From contig JBCBSC010000012.1 of the NCBI GenBank assembly GCA_039819385.1, forward strand, positions 14,371 to 78,370: a stretch of 64,000 nt of DNA. The letters are read 5' to 3'. The notes under the pieces are model-generated. The model ran no database searches. It was not told where the DNA came from and was given only the letters and a program-made list of their open reading frames with translations. Source of the DNA: Pseudomonadota bacterium. Its GTDB lineage: Bacteria; Pseudomonadota; Gammaproteobacteria; Steroidobacterales; Woeseiaceae. Each line of letters opens with the position of its first letter. Positions within the stretch are counted from its first letter, which is position 1. The position numbers were made by a program, and so were the translations under genes. Below, one piece after another: positions 38,019-47,687 of this stretch.

Positions 38019-40751
38019 ATGAACAGAGCATCGCGACAGAGACAGGAAGGATCCTTCGTCCGCGCCCGGCGTTTCGCCGGTGTGCTCTCCGTGTCCGTCC
38101 TGCTGGCGGCCTGTGACGGCGCCAATCAGGGCGTGCAGATCGGTGACGGCCAGACACCCGATCCCGTGGTCATCGATTTTCCGATCGCGTACGTTCGCGC
38201 ACCGTTGCCGCTCGACGACGACGGAGTGTTCGAGCAGCAGGATCTTCGCGAACAGATTACCTTTGACGTAGGCGGCCAGCTTTTTGTCCGCGATCGCGCA
38301 TCCCCCAGTGCGGAACCGCTAAACGTTACGGAAAGCGTAATCGGCGACATGGGCGCCGTGCGCGATGTCGAAATCGCCTACGACGGCAGCGCCGTTTTGT
38401 TTGCCATGCGCGGCCCGTTCGATCCCAATCTCGACGAGGAAGACCAGCCGACCTGGAACCTCTGGGAGTACACGTTCGAGGATGCCGCGCTACGGCGGAT
38501 AATTCCGTCCGACCTGACTGCCGAAATCGGTCACGACATCATGCCGAAGTATCTGCCCGACGGCCGGATCGTGTTCTCGTCGACGCGGCAGGTGCGTTCG
38601 CGGGCGATTCTGCTCGACGAAGGCAAGAGCGGTTTCGGCGCCATGGACGAGGATCGCAACGAAGAGGCGTTCAACCTGCACGTGATCGATCGCGACGGGT
38701 CCGGTCTGGAACAGATCTCCTTCAACCAGAGCCACGATCTCGATCCCTCGATCCTCGCCAACGGCCAGATTATCTACAGCCGCTGGGATCACGCGCCCGG
38801 CAACGACGTCGTCAATTTGTACCGCATGAACCCCGACGGCTCGGACAACGAGCTGCTGTACGGTAACGAAAGCCACGCGACCGGCACGAACGGCGAGATC
38901 ATTCAGTTTACCCAGCCGCGTCAACTCGAGGACGGGCGGATCATGTCGCTCGTACGGCCGTTTACCAACACGGAAGGCGGCGGCGATATCTTTGTCATCG
39001 ATACGCCTCAGTACGTCGAGATTACCCAGCCGCTCAAGGACAATATTGGCGTGCTGACCGGCCCAGGTCAGGAACCCGGTACGACGCTGGACGTGTCGAC
39101 GCTGGAAGGCGTGCCTTCCGAGGGCGGCCGCTACAGCTCGGTGTATCCGATTCAGGACGGTACGGGGCGCCTGCTGGTGAGCTGGAGTCAGTGCCGCGTG
39201 CAGGACGTCGTCGATCCGGCCATCGATCCGCCACCGCCGGTGAATATTTATCCCTGCACCGACGAACGGCTTGCGGACGCTGTACTCTACGAGCCGGCGC
39301 AGCCGTTGTACGGGCTCTGGATCTACGATCCGCGCGACAACACGCAGCTTCCCGTTGTGCCCGGCGAAGAAGGCTTCATGTTCACCGAAGTCGTGTCCGC
39401 CGACCCGCGCCCCGCGCCGCCCGGAATACCCGACCGCCTCAACGATTTCCCGTTCGACCCCTTGCTGCGCGAGGCGGGCGAGGCGGTACTCAACATACGC
39501 AACGTTTACGATTTCAACGGCGGCCTGGTCGCCAACGTCGAGGCGCTGCGCGATCCGGCCCAGACGCCCGCGGCGGACCGTCCCGCGCGCTTCCTGCGCA
39601 TCGAGAAACCCGTATCGCTGCCGGACGAAGACCTGCTGGATTTCGACGATACCGCGTTTGGCGTATCGCAGCAGAACGGCATGCGGGAAACGGTCGGCTA
39701 CGCCATGATCGAGCCTGACGGTTCTGTCGTCACCAAGGTGCCCGCGAACGTGGCGCTCGCGATCAGCGTTCTCGACGGTAACGGCAAGCGCATCACTCAG
39801 CGGCACAACAACTGGATTTCCCTGACGCCCGGGCAGGAACTCAAATGCGCGGGCTGCCACATTGCGAATCAGGGTGTTTCGCACGGTCGCCGCGACGCGT
39901 TCGAGTCGGCGTACGCCGGCGCTCAGACCACGGGCGGCAGCTTCGCCAACACGGACCCCAAGTGGTTTATCGGCGAGGTCGGCGAAACGATGGCGGAGGT
40001 TCGCGCGCGCGTAAGCTGCACGGCGGAAGACTGTTCCGCCATCGAGCCCACTATGGCCATCGACTTCGAGGACGTCTGGTCGGCGGATCCGCTAATCAGA
40101 GCCGCGAACGAGTCTTTCGACTACAATTACGACGACGTGCAGGAGCTGCCGACCGGCTCGCCGACCAATGCGGTCTGCCCGACCGTCACGGGACTGTCGG
40201 TTCGCGACTGGCAGTCGCAGTGCCGTAACATCATCAACTACGAGACGGTGATTCATCCCATGTGGAGTCAGGAGCGGCTGGTCTTCGACGACATGGGTAA
40301 TCCCGTGCTGGACGGCAACGGCGTTCAGCTCAGCAACAATTGCCAGAACTGCCATACGCCGCTCGACGTCGTGAACGCCGTTGTGCGCGTGCCGGCGGGG
40401 CAGCTCGATCTGGCCGATGGCCCGTCCCCCGACGAACCGATGCACTTCAACGCTTATCGCGAGCTGCTGGCCGGCGATAATTTTCAGGAAGTCGTGAACG
40501 GCGCTCTCGTGGACGCGCAGCAGGTCGTCGGTCAGGACGCTGACGGCAACGACATACTCGACGTGATACCGATTGCGGCGCCCGCCAGTCCGGCCGGCGC
40601 GCTGGCATCCGCCGATTTCTTCAGTCGTTTTGAGGATCCGAACGATCCTCATTACGAAATCTTGACGGCTACCGAGCGAGCATTAATCGCCGAATGGTTG
40701 GATTTAGGTGCCCAGTACTACAACAATCCTTACGACGCGCCGCTCAACTGA
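38019..40751 (+). CDS. Lipoprotein with a TolB/PD40-like beta-propeller and two CxxCH haem motifs (possibly HzsA-related)
   Basis: Lipobox VLLAAC. PD40-like blades (YDGSAVLFAMRG, LPDGRIVFSSTR, NGQIIYSRWDH). CAGCH at 39846..39860 and CQNCH at 40341..40355. Confidence 0.85.
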   Translation: MNRASRQRQEGSFVRARRFAGVLSVSVLLAACDGANQGVQIGDGQTPDPVVIDFPIAYVRAPLPLDDDGVFEQQDLREQITFDVGGQLFVRDRASPSAEPLNVTESVIGDMGAVRDVEIAYDGSAVLFAMRGPFDPNLDEEDQPTWNLWEYTFEDAALRRIIPSDLTAEIGHDIMPKYLPDGRIVFSSTRQVRSRAILLDEGKSGFGAMDEDRNEEAFNLHVIDRDGSGLEQISFNQSHDLDPSILANGQIIYSRWDHAPGNDVVNLYRMNPDGSDNELLYGNESHATGTNGEIIQFTQPRQLEDGRIMSLVRPFTNTEGGGDIFVIDTPQYVEITQPLKDNIGVLTGPGQEPGTTLDVSTLEGVPSEGGRYSSVYPIQDGTGRLLVSWSQCRVQDVVDPAIDPPPPVNIYPCTDERLADAVLYEPAQPLYGLWIYDPRDNTQLPVVPGEEGFMFTEVVSADPRPAPPGIPDRLNDFPFDPLLREAGEAVLNIRNVYDFNGGLVANVEALRDPAQTPAADRPARFLRIEKPVSLPDEDLLDFDDTAFGVSQQNGMRETVGYAMIEPDGSVVTKVPANVALAISVLDGNGKRITQRHNNWISLTPGQELKCAGCHIANQGVSHGRRDAFESAYAGAQTTGGSFANTDPKWFIGEVGETMAEVRARVSCTAEDCSAIEPTMAIDFEDVWSADPLIRAANESFDYNYDDVQELPTGSPTNAVCPTVTGLSVRDWQSQCRNIINYETVIHPMWSQERLVFDDMGNPVLDGNGVQLSNNCQNCHTPLDVVNAVVRVPAGQLDLADGPSPDEPMHFNAYRELLAGDNFQEVVNGALVDAQQVVGQDADGNDILDVIPIAAPASPAGALASADFFSRFEDPNDPHYEILTATERALIAEWLDLGAQYYNNPYDAPLN

Positions 40752-41514
40752 CAACCAGGGTTTTGTATCCCGGTGGTGGTTGTGCCTGATCGCTGTTGCA
40801 CTTGTACAGGCATTCTGGCCGGGACAAGCATTTGCCGCCAAGGTATATCGAACCGTGGCGGTTGCGGACCCGTATCTCGAGATGCATACGGGTCCCGGCC
40901 GCGGCTACCCTATTTTCCACGTCGTGGACCGCGGTGAAACCGTTCAGATCATTCGCCGCAAGACGGACTGGTTCAAGGTGCTCGCACCGGACGGTCGCGA
41001 GGGCTGGGTCGCAAAAGCGCAGATGGAGCTGACGCTCGAGGACGACGGCTCGGTGCTCGATTTCGAAGTTGTCGACAAAGACGACTTTACCAACGCCAAA
41101 TGGGAAATGGGCGTGCTGGCCGGCGATTTCGGCGGCGCGAACATCGTGTCGCTGTACGGCGGCTACTCGCTCACCCCGAATGTTTCGGTCGAGGCATGGG
41201 GTTCACAGATTTTGGGAAATTTTTCGAACGGTTGGATGGGCAGTGTTAACGTCGTCCATGAGGCCTTTCCGGATTGGCGGTTTTCACCCTTTTTCACCCT
41301 GGGCGCCGGAGTCATACGCACCGAGCCCAAGTCGACCATCGTTCAGGGTGAGGATCGCAACGATCAGATTGGCCATGTCGGAGCAGGTTTCCGCGTCTAC
41401 GCAGCGCGGCGATTCCTGATCCGGGCCGAATACAAGAGCTACGTGGTGTTCACGAGCCGGGACGACAACGAGGAAGTGGAAGAATGGAAAGTCGGTTTCG
41501 CATTCTTTTTCTGA
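40708..41514 (+). CDS. SH3-domain protein fused to an outer-membrane beta-barrel
   Basis: Signal peptide, SH3_3-like segment (GETVQIIRRKTDWFKVLAPDGREGWV), then amphipathic beta strands ending in KVGFAFFF (terminal Phe). GTG 40708 overlaps the upstream gene; TTG 40780 is an alternative start. Confidence 0.72.
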   Translation: MPSTTTILTTRRSTDNQGFVSRWWLCLIAVALVQAFWPGQAFAAKVYRTVAVADPYLEMHTGPGRGYPIFHVVDRGETVQIIRRKTDWFKVLAPDGREGWVAKAQMELTLEDDGSVLDFEVVDKDDFTNAKWEMGVLAGDFGGANIVSLYGGYSLTPNVSVEAWGSQILGNFSNGWMGSVNVVHEAFPDWRFSPFFTLGAGVIRTEPKSTIVQGEDRNDQIGHVGAGFRVYAARRFLIRAEYKSYVVFTSRDDNEEVEEWKVGFAFFF

Positions 41515-42164
41515 TAGTCGCGTTTACGCTGCTGTCCGGATGTGCTGCGACCAAGAACCTGTTTGGTTTTGGCCGCAACGAGGCGCCGCCACCCAGCGCG
41601 GAGCCTCCCGGTCAGGTTGTCGATCCGGAGGTTGAGCGCCGTGAGATCAAGGAGGCGAAAATCGACTCCGAGAACTTCGAGATCGGTGCGTTCGCCGGCA
41701 TTTTTGCGATCGAGGATTTTGGCTCCAACGTCGTCTACGGGGCGCGCATTGCCTATCACGTAACGGAGGGCTTCTTCGTCGAGGGCACCGTCGGCACGAC
41801 CGAGGGGGACCTGACCAGTTTCGAGATCCTGTCGGGCGATGCGAGGCTGCTGACGGACGACGAACGCACGCTAACCTATTACAACCTGAATCTCGGCTAC
41901 AACATATTTCCCGGCGAAGTCTTCCTGGGCGAGGGACGGGCGTTCAATACGAACCTGTATCTGATCGCCGGCCTGGGCTCTACCCGGTTTGCCGGCGACG
42001 ATCGCTTTACCGTCAACTTCGGCGCCGGGTACCGCTTCCTGCTATCCGACACCATTGCGATTCATATCGATTTTCGCGATCACCTGTTCGACATCGATCT
42101 CCTCGGCGAGGAGAAAACCGTACACAACCTGGAAGGCCACCTTGGCCTTACCGTGTTTTTCTGA
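41484..42164 (+). CDS. Outer-membrane beta-barrel lipoprotein
   Basis: Lipobox TLLSGC. Alternating beta-strand pattern with the C-terminal signature GHLGLTVFF. Confidence 0.75.
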   Translation: MESRFRILFLIVAFTLLSGCAATKNLFGFGRNEAPPPSAEPPGQVVDPEVERREIKEAKIDSENFEIGAFAGIFAIEDFGSNVVYGARIAYHVTEGFFVEGTVGTTEGDLTSFEILSGDARLLTDDERTLTYYNLNLGYNIFPGEVFLGEGRAFNTNLYLIAGLGSTRFAGDDRFTVNFGAGYRFLLSDTIAIHIDFRDHLFDIDLLGEEKTVHNLEGHLGLTVFF

Positions 42165-42179
42165 CAGAGGTTTTGGGCC

Positions 42180-42416
42180 ATGCGCAACACGACCGTATGC
42201 AAACTGCTCTCCGTTCTGCTGGTAGCCGGTGCCGTATCCGGCTGCAGCAACATTGAGCCCTGGGTGAAACCGTACGAACGCGACCGTCTCGCGGACCCGA
42301 TCATGGCGCTCGACGGCGATCCCGTTTCCAGTTCTTACATGCAGCACGTTTACGAGTCGCGCGAGGGCGCCCGTGGCGGCGAAGGCGCAGCCGGAGGCGG
42401 CTGCGGCTGTAACTGA
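42180..42416 (+). CDS. DUF4266 small lipoprotein
   Basis: Lipobox AVSGC, PWVKPYERDRLADPIM, and the family-typical C-terminus GGGCGCN. Confidence 0.8.
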   Translation: MRNTTVCKLLSVLLVAGAVSGCSNIEPWVKPYERDRLADPIMALDGDPVSSSYMQHVYESREGARGGEGAAGGGCGCN

Positions 42417-42448
42417 AGCGATCGGTCCAGGCACGGAGTAAGACAAGC

Positions 42449-43591
42449 ATGTTATTGAAGCGCAAGCTCCAGTTTCTTACGCTGATCGGCACCTTGCTGG
42501 CGGGGAACGCGTTCGCCAGCGTTCTGCCCGACGACCGGTCCGATGTGCTGTATCACCGCTATGAGGGCGGTGGCGTTCTGATCGACGGGCCTTCGGTTCT
42601 GGTGCGAAAGAAAGTCGGTAAGAACGTGTCGGTGGTGGGCAACTACTATATCGACTACGTAAGCTCGGCATCCATCGACGTCGTCACGACAGCCAGTCCT
42701 TACAACGAGGAGCGCACGCAGTGGTCGCTGGGCGTCGATTATCTGCGCGGCAACACCACCCTTAGAGCAAACTACGTGAGTTCGGTCGAGTCCGACTACG
42801 ACGCATCGACCGCGGCGTTCTCCGTCAGTCAGGATATGTTCGGCCAGCTCACAACGCTGACGCTGAGTTACGGTTACGGCGACGATGTCGTAGGCCGCTC
42901 CGACGATCCGACCTTCGAGCGCTTCGTGAAGCGCCAGCAGTACAGTCTGGGCATCACCCAGATTCTGACCAAGAACATGATCGCCGCATTGAACGTGCAA
43001 ACGACGACCGAGGAAGGGTATCTCAACAACCCTTATCGTCAGGTACGCTTTCTGGACCCGACGGCCGATATCGGCTACAGCTACGAGGGTGAGCTGTATC
43101 CCAATACGCGCACGGCGAATGCCGTCGGTATCCGGGCACGCTACTTTCTGCCGTATCGCGCCGCGCTGGAGGCGGAATACCGCTTTTTCGTGGACACCTG
43201 GGACATCGAGTCCAACACAATTTCGCTGACCTACATCCAGCCCTGGCGTAACTTCACCTTCAAGGTGAAAGGGCGCTACCACGATCAGACCGGGGCACAT
43301 TTTTACCGCGATCTGTTCTCGCGCTCCGAGGCGACGAACTTCCGCGGCCGCGACAAGGAGCTCAGTCCGCTGCAAAGCTATGTCGTGACGCTGAAAGGCA
43401 GCTACAAGTTCATCGACGAGAACAAAGGCTGGGGCATGTTCAAGAAGGCCACCGTGACCGCGTCGATCGATATGATGCGCTTCGAGTACGAAGACTTCCG
43501 GGATCTGCGCTTCGCGGCGCCGGTCGGCCAGGAGCCGCTATATCAGCTGGACGCCAACGTCGTACAGGTGTTCGTCTCTTTCTGGTATTAG
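42449..43591 (+). CDS. DUF3570 outer-membrane beta-barrel protein
   Basis: Signal peptide, LYHRYEGGGVLIDGPS start typical of DUF3570, beta-strand periodicity, aromatic C-terminus FVSFWY. It follows DUF4266, as this pair usually does. Confidence 0.8.
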   Translation: MLLKRKLQFLTLIGTLLAGNAFASVLPDDRSDVLYHRYEGGGVLIDGPSVLVRKKVGKNVSVVGNYYIDYVSSASIDVVTTASPYNEERTQWSLGVDYLRGNTTLRANYVSSVESDYDASTAAFSVSQDMFGQLTTLTLSYGYGDDVVGRSDDPTFERFVKRQQYSLGITQILTKNMIAALNVQTTTEEGYLNNPYRQVRFLDPTADIGYSYEGELYPNTRTANAVGIRARYFLPYRAALEAEYRFFVDTWDIESNTISLTYIQPWRNFTFKVKGRYHDQTGAHFYRDLFSRSEATNFRGRDKELSPLQSYVVTLKGSYKFIDENKGWGMFKKATVTASIDMMRFEYEDFRDLRFAAPVGQEPLYQLDANVVQVFVSFWY

Positions 43592-43807
43592 GCTAATCCA
43601 GGCTCGGCAGTTCGTCGTACGGGACACTAGAGAAGCTCTGTACAAGTCGTGCCGGTCTCATTTCGCGTCAGAACCCCGATCTCGGCGTTGCGCAAAGGCC
43701 GCAATAGCTCTGCTATTCCGGCCTTCACGCGCCTTGATCTCGGCGCCCTGACACAAAATGAGCCTCGCCAGACTCATGCAGAGCTTCCCTAGTGGTACGA
43801 TGCCGCG

Positions 43808-44368
43808 ATGTTGTACGTGTTCCTCGCGCTCGGCGCAGTTTTTCTCAGTGCCCTCGTTGCGCTCTACAATCGACTCGTAAGCAGCCGTAACCGTGTGCGC
43901 ACGGCCTGGAGCGACATCGACGTGCAGCTGCAGCGCAGGCACGATCTCATTCCGCAGCTGGTCAAAGCCGTCGATCGGTACGCGCAGTACGAGAAGGCAA
44001 CGCTCGAAGCCGTGACCGAGCTGCGGCAGCAGGCCATGCGCGCAACCCGCATTGGCGAGCGTGGCAAGACGGAGGAGGCCCTCGGCGAGAGCCTCGGCCG
44101 GCTAATCGCGCTTGCGGAGAGTTATCCGGATCTCAAGGCGAACGAAAACTTCCTCGATCTGCAGCGGCAGCTGGTCGAAACCGAGAACTATCTGCAGTTC
44201 GCCCGCCGCTACTACAACGGCTCGGTACGCGACTACAACACGATGATCGAGGCGGTGCCGAGCAATTTCGTCGCCCTCGCTTTCGGTTTCAAGCCACGCG
44301 AGTTCTTTCAGAAGCGCTCGGACGACGTTGCCAACGTACCGCTGGTCAAACTCGGACATATCGAATGA
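43808..44368 (+). CDS. lemA: LemA-family protein
   Basis: N-terminal TM helix. NRLV..RN.V..AWSDIDVQLQRRHDLIPQLV and YPDLKANENFLDLQRQL are classic LemA strings. Confidence 0.9.
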   Translation: MLYVFLALGAVFLSALVALYNRLVSSRNRVRTAWSDIDVQLQRRHDLIPQLVKAVDRYAQYEKATLEAVTELRQQAMRATRIGERGKTEEALGESLGRLIALAESYPDLKANENFLDLQRQLVETENYLQFARRYYNGSVRDYNTMIEAVPSNFVALAFGFKPREFFQKRSDDVANVPLVKLGHIE

Positions 44369-46062
44369 AGCGCCTGGCGTTGCTGTTGTTCCTGCTGCCC
44401 GCGTTGAGCGCGGCGGACGAGCGAATCCTCGAGTTTCACAGCGACATTCTGGTCCGCTCGGACGGCTGGATCGAAGTACGCGAGACCATTCGGGTTCGGG
44501 CCGAGGGACGGCAAATTCGCCGCGGGATCTACCGCGACTTCCCCACCCGCTACAAGGACAAGCGAGGGCTCGATCAGGTCGTCGACTACCGGCCGCGCTC
44601 CGTCCTGAGAAATACCGCTCGGGAGGATTTCCACTCGGTCGATCTCGACAACGGCGTGCGGACCTACTTCGGCAACAAGGACCGATTCCTCGAGCAGGGC
44701 GAGCATACTTATCTGTTTAGCTACAGGGCGAATCGCATGCTCGGGTTTTTCGCCGAGCACGACGAGCTGTACTGGAACGTGACCGGATTCGGCTGGGCGT
44801 TTCCGATCGACAAAGCGAGTGCGCGGGTGAGTTTCGAGTTCGATGTCCCGGCGGATCGGGTGGAGACGACAGCCTACACGGGGCGAATGTACGATCAGGG
44901 CGGGGACTACAGGTCGCGCGTTGCAAGCGATGGGTCCGCCTACTTCGACGCAACCGCGCCGCTGTCGCCCGTAAACGGGCTCACTGTCGTCGTAAGCTGG
45001 CCCAAGGGCTTCGTGGAGGAACCGGGCGATGCCGAGCGACTCGGCTGGGTGCTGCGCGACAACCGCAACCTGCTGGTCGTGCTCGCCGGGCTGTTGGCGC
45101 TGCTCGTGTACTACATCCCGGTCTGGCGACATTTCGGCAAGGATCCGGAAGAGGGTGTCCTGATCACCCGCTACGAGCCCCCCGAAGCTTATTCGCCCGC
45201 CTCGCTGCGCTACGTACGGCAGATGTACTACGACAACAAGGTCATGACCTCGGCGGTATTGAGCCTGGCGGTCAAAGGCTATTTGCGCATCGTCGAGGAG
45301 GACGGCGAACACACCCTGGAGCGCCTGACGCCCGGCTCCGCCGCGCCGCCGCTGGCGGCCGGCGAGCGCGAGTTGTACGACGCGCTGTTTGCGCTGAGCA
45401 AGCGGGTGCAGCTGGATAACGTAAACCACCGGACGCTGGGCAAGGCGATGCGCGCGCACAAGGCTTCGCTCAAGGCCGACTACAGCAGGAAGTACTTCAA
45501 AACCAACGGCCTTCTGAGTCTGCCGGCGCTTGCGATCGTCGTTGCGACCAGCGTTGCGGCGCTGGGTATGGGGGGCAAACCGCCGGCGCTCGTGCTGCTC
45601 GGTGTTGCGCTAAACGTCGTCGTGATGCTGTTCTTCGGCTACATCATGAAACGTCCCACGTTGCGCGGGCGTCGCGTTCTCGACGAAATGCTCGGCTTCA
45701 AGGACTATCTGGAGATTGCGGAAAAAGACGAACTGAACCTCCGCAACCCGCCTGCGAAAACGCCGGCCTTGTTCGAGGCGTATCTGCCTTTCGCGCTGGC
45801 AATGGGCGTGGATCAGGAGTGGTCGGAGAAATTTGCCGGCATCCTCGCATCGATCCGCGGCGAGGGCGGGAGCAGCTATCAGCCCGGCTGGTACAGCGGC
45901 AGCTTCAATACGAGCAAGCTCGTATCATCGACCAACACGCTCTCGAGCGGCCTGAATTCCGCGATCAGTTCTTCGGTAACGCCGCCGGGCTCGTCGTCAG
46001 GCAGCGGCGGCGGCGGCTTCTCCGGCGGCGGGGGAGGTGGCGGCGGCGGCGGCGGCTGGTAG
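44365..46062 (+). CDS. DUF2207 membrane protein
   Basis: ATGA overlap with lemA. Signal peptide, extracellular domain, TM helices, Gly-rich tail ...SGGGGGGGGGGGW. Confidence 0.85.
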   Translation: MKRLALLLFLLPALSAADERILEFHSDILVRSDGWIEVRETIRVRAEGRQIRRGIYRDFPTRYKDKRGLDQVVDYRPRSVLRNTAREDFHSVDLDNGVRTYFGNKDRFLEQGEHTYLFSYRANRMLGFFAEHDELYWNVTGFGWAFPIDKASARVSFEFDVPADRVETTAYTGRMYDQGGDYRSRVASDGSAYFDATAPLSPVNGLTVVVSWPKGFVEEPGDAERLGWVLRDNRNLLVVLAGLLALLVYYIPVWRHFGKDPEEGVLITRYEPPEAYSPASLRYVRQMYYDNKVMTSAVLSLAVKGYLRIVEEDGEHTLERLTPGSAAPPLAAGERELYDALFALSKRVQLDNVNHRTLGKAMRAHKASLKADYSRKYFKTNGLLSLPALAIVVATSVAALGMGGKPPALVLLGVALNVVVMLFFGYIMKRPTLRGRRVLDEMLGFKDYLEIAEKDELNLRNPPAKTPALFEAYLPFALAMGVDQEWSEKFAGILASIRGEGGSSYQPGWYSGSFNTSKLVSSTNTLSSGLNSAISSSVTPPGSSSGSGGGGFSGGGGGGGGGGGW

Positions 46063-46086
46063 ACTTCGAACGCTTCCCGCAGCGAC

Positions 46087-46110
46087 TTCTGGAACTATTT
46101 CTGGAACTAT
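46087..46110. repeat. Two tandem copies of TTCTGGAACTAT
   Basis: Read directly between the DUF2207 stop and the rhomboid start. Confidence 0.8.
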
Positions 46111-46153
46111 TGCGGTCTTTCCGCAGCCCTTTGTGCTCACTCAGGATACTCGT

Positions 46154-46828
46154 TTGAATCAACCCGCTTATCAGCATCGGGCGCGCCGGCCGAGCGCAAT
46201 TCCCGACACGATCCTCGCCCTGCTTGTTGTCAACGGGCTCGTGTTCGCGGCTCAGATGATGACGATCTATCCAGCACTGGGCTTGAGCTGGGTCGATCTG
46301 CGTTTTGCGCTTTGGCCGCCGGTCGAAGGCACGCTTCGCGGCTGGCCGCCGGCTATACCGGAGCCTGGCTTCGGCGTCTGGCAGCTCGTGAGCTACGGCT
46401 TCCTGCACGGCAGTCTGCCGCACATCGCGTTCAACATGTTTGCGCTATGGATGTTCGGCCGGGACATCGAGGCGCTGATGGGGCCGCGGCGCTTTCTGAC
46501 CTACTTTCTGGTCTGCGTCGCGGGGGCTGGCGTCGTACAGCTGCTGGTCGCCAACCTGCAGGGCGGTTTCTACCCGACCGTGGGCGCCTCGGGCGGCGTG
46601 TTCGGGATACTGCTGGCTTACGGTATGGCGTTCCCGAATCGCACGATCATGATGATCTTTCCGCCGATCCCGATGAAGGCCAAGTACTTTGTCATCCTGA
46701 TCGGGCTCTTCGAGCTCTACATCGGATTCAGCGGACGTTCTCCCGGGGTGGCCAATTTTGCGCACCTCGGCGGCATGCTGTTCGGTTTTGCGATGCTGCA
46801 GTACTGGAAAGGCCGCCGTGGCAGGTAG
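46154..46828 (+). CDS. Rhomboid-family intramembrane serine protease (GlpG-like core)
   Basis: HGSLPHIAFNM, GASGGVFGILLAYG and AHLGGMLFG motifs. TTG 46154 is chosen as start because the ORF-track start at 46037 would overlap the DUF2207 gene. Confidence 0.85.
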   Translation: MNQPAYQHRARRPSAIPDTILALLVVNGLVFAAQMMTIYPALGLSWVDLRFALWPPVEGTLRGWPPAIPEPGFGVWQLVSYGFLHGSLPHIAFNMFALWMFGRDIEALMGPRRFLTYFLVCVAGAGVVQLLVANLQGGFYPTVGASGGVFGILLAYGMAFPNRTIMMIFPPIPMKAKYFVILIGLFELYIGFSGRSPGVANFAHLGGMLFGFAMLQYWKGRRGR

Positions 46829-46875
46829 GTCTTGAGCGAATACGCCGTTGCGTCGGCGCGGCGCCCTGGCTGAAT

Positions 46876-47610
46876 TCAGGCCGAGAGGCCGCCGTCGACG
46901 GGAATTGTCGCGCCATTGATCTGCGCGGCAAGATCCCCCGCAAGAAACACGACGATGTTGGCGATGTCTTCGGGTGTAGCGATACGCCCGTTCGGCGAAA
47001 AGCTTGCGACCATCTCGAGAAACTCGTCGACCTCCATATCCTCTTCTTCGGCGCCAAGCGCCAGCATGGGTGTGTCGACGCCGCCCGGGCAGATGGCATT
47101 GACGCGAACGCCGTCGCCGCCGTGGTCTTTTGCCATAGCTTTGGTCAGCAGCAAGACGGCCGCTTTACTCGTGCTGTAAGCGACGGTGCGCTCGCCCGCG
47201 GAGAGCGCCCAGTAAGAGGAGATATTGACGATGCTGCCTTCGGTCTCGACGAGATGCGGTATGGCCGCGCGGCTCAAGTAAAATGGCACGTCCAGATTGA
47301 TCGTCATGGTGTCGCGCCACGCGTCGTCGCTGGTCTCGGTCGCGTCGCCCCGGACCAGCAGACCCGCCGAGTTGACGAGACAGTCGAGTGCCGCGAACTC
47401 CTCGATCGTATCGCTGACGAGTTCGTCACAGTCCGCGGACTCGCCGAGTTCCCCTGCCCACGTGGCGATGCGGTCCGATACGTCGGCCACTTCGGCGAGA
47501 CGACCCTCGTCGCGGCCCGCCGCCATGACATCCCAGCCGGCCTCCGCCAGCGCGATTGCCGTTGCGGCGCCAATGCCTGAACTCGCCCCTGTCACCAAAG
47601 CCACCGACAT
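46876..47610 (-). CDS. SDR-family oxidoreductase
   Basis: TGASSGIG cofactor motif, NSAG, and the YxxxK catalytic motif (YSTSKAAV). Confidence 0.88.
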   Translation of the reverse strand: MSVALVTGASSGIGAATAIALAEAGWDVMAAGRDEGRLAEVADVSDRIATWAGELGESADCDELVSDTIEEFAALDCLVNSAGLLVRGDATETSDDAWRDTMTINLDVPFYLSRAAIPHLVETEGSIVNISSYWALSAGERTVAYSTSKAAVLLLTKAMAKDHGGDGVRVNAICPGGVDTPMLALGAEEEDMEVDEFLEMVASFSPNGRIATPEDIANIVVFLAGDLAAQINGATIPVDGGLSA

Positions 47611-47687
47611 AGTATTTCCCCGAATAGTCCGAACGTGATAAGCAGTGTATCCCACAGCGCGATTGCAACCCCATTAAACTTGGAACG

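Noticed and set aside
38490-39884. 464-aa ORF antisense to the 910-aa propeller gene
   Set aside because: It is antisense to a well-supported frame and has no recognisable domain.
44308-45459. 383-aa ORF antisense to DUF2207
   Set aside because: It is antisense to a gene with the family-typical architecture. Composition is a high-GC artefact.
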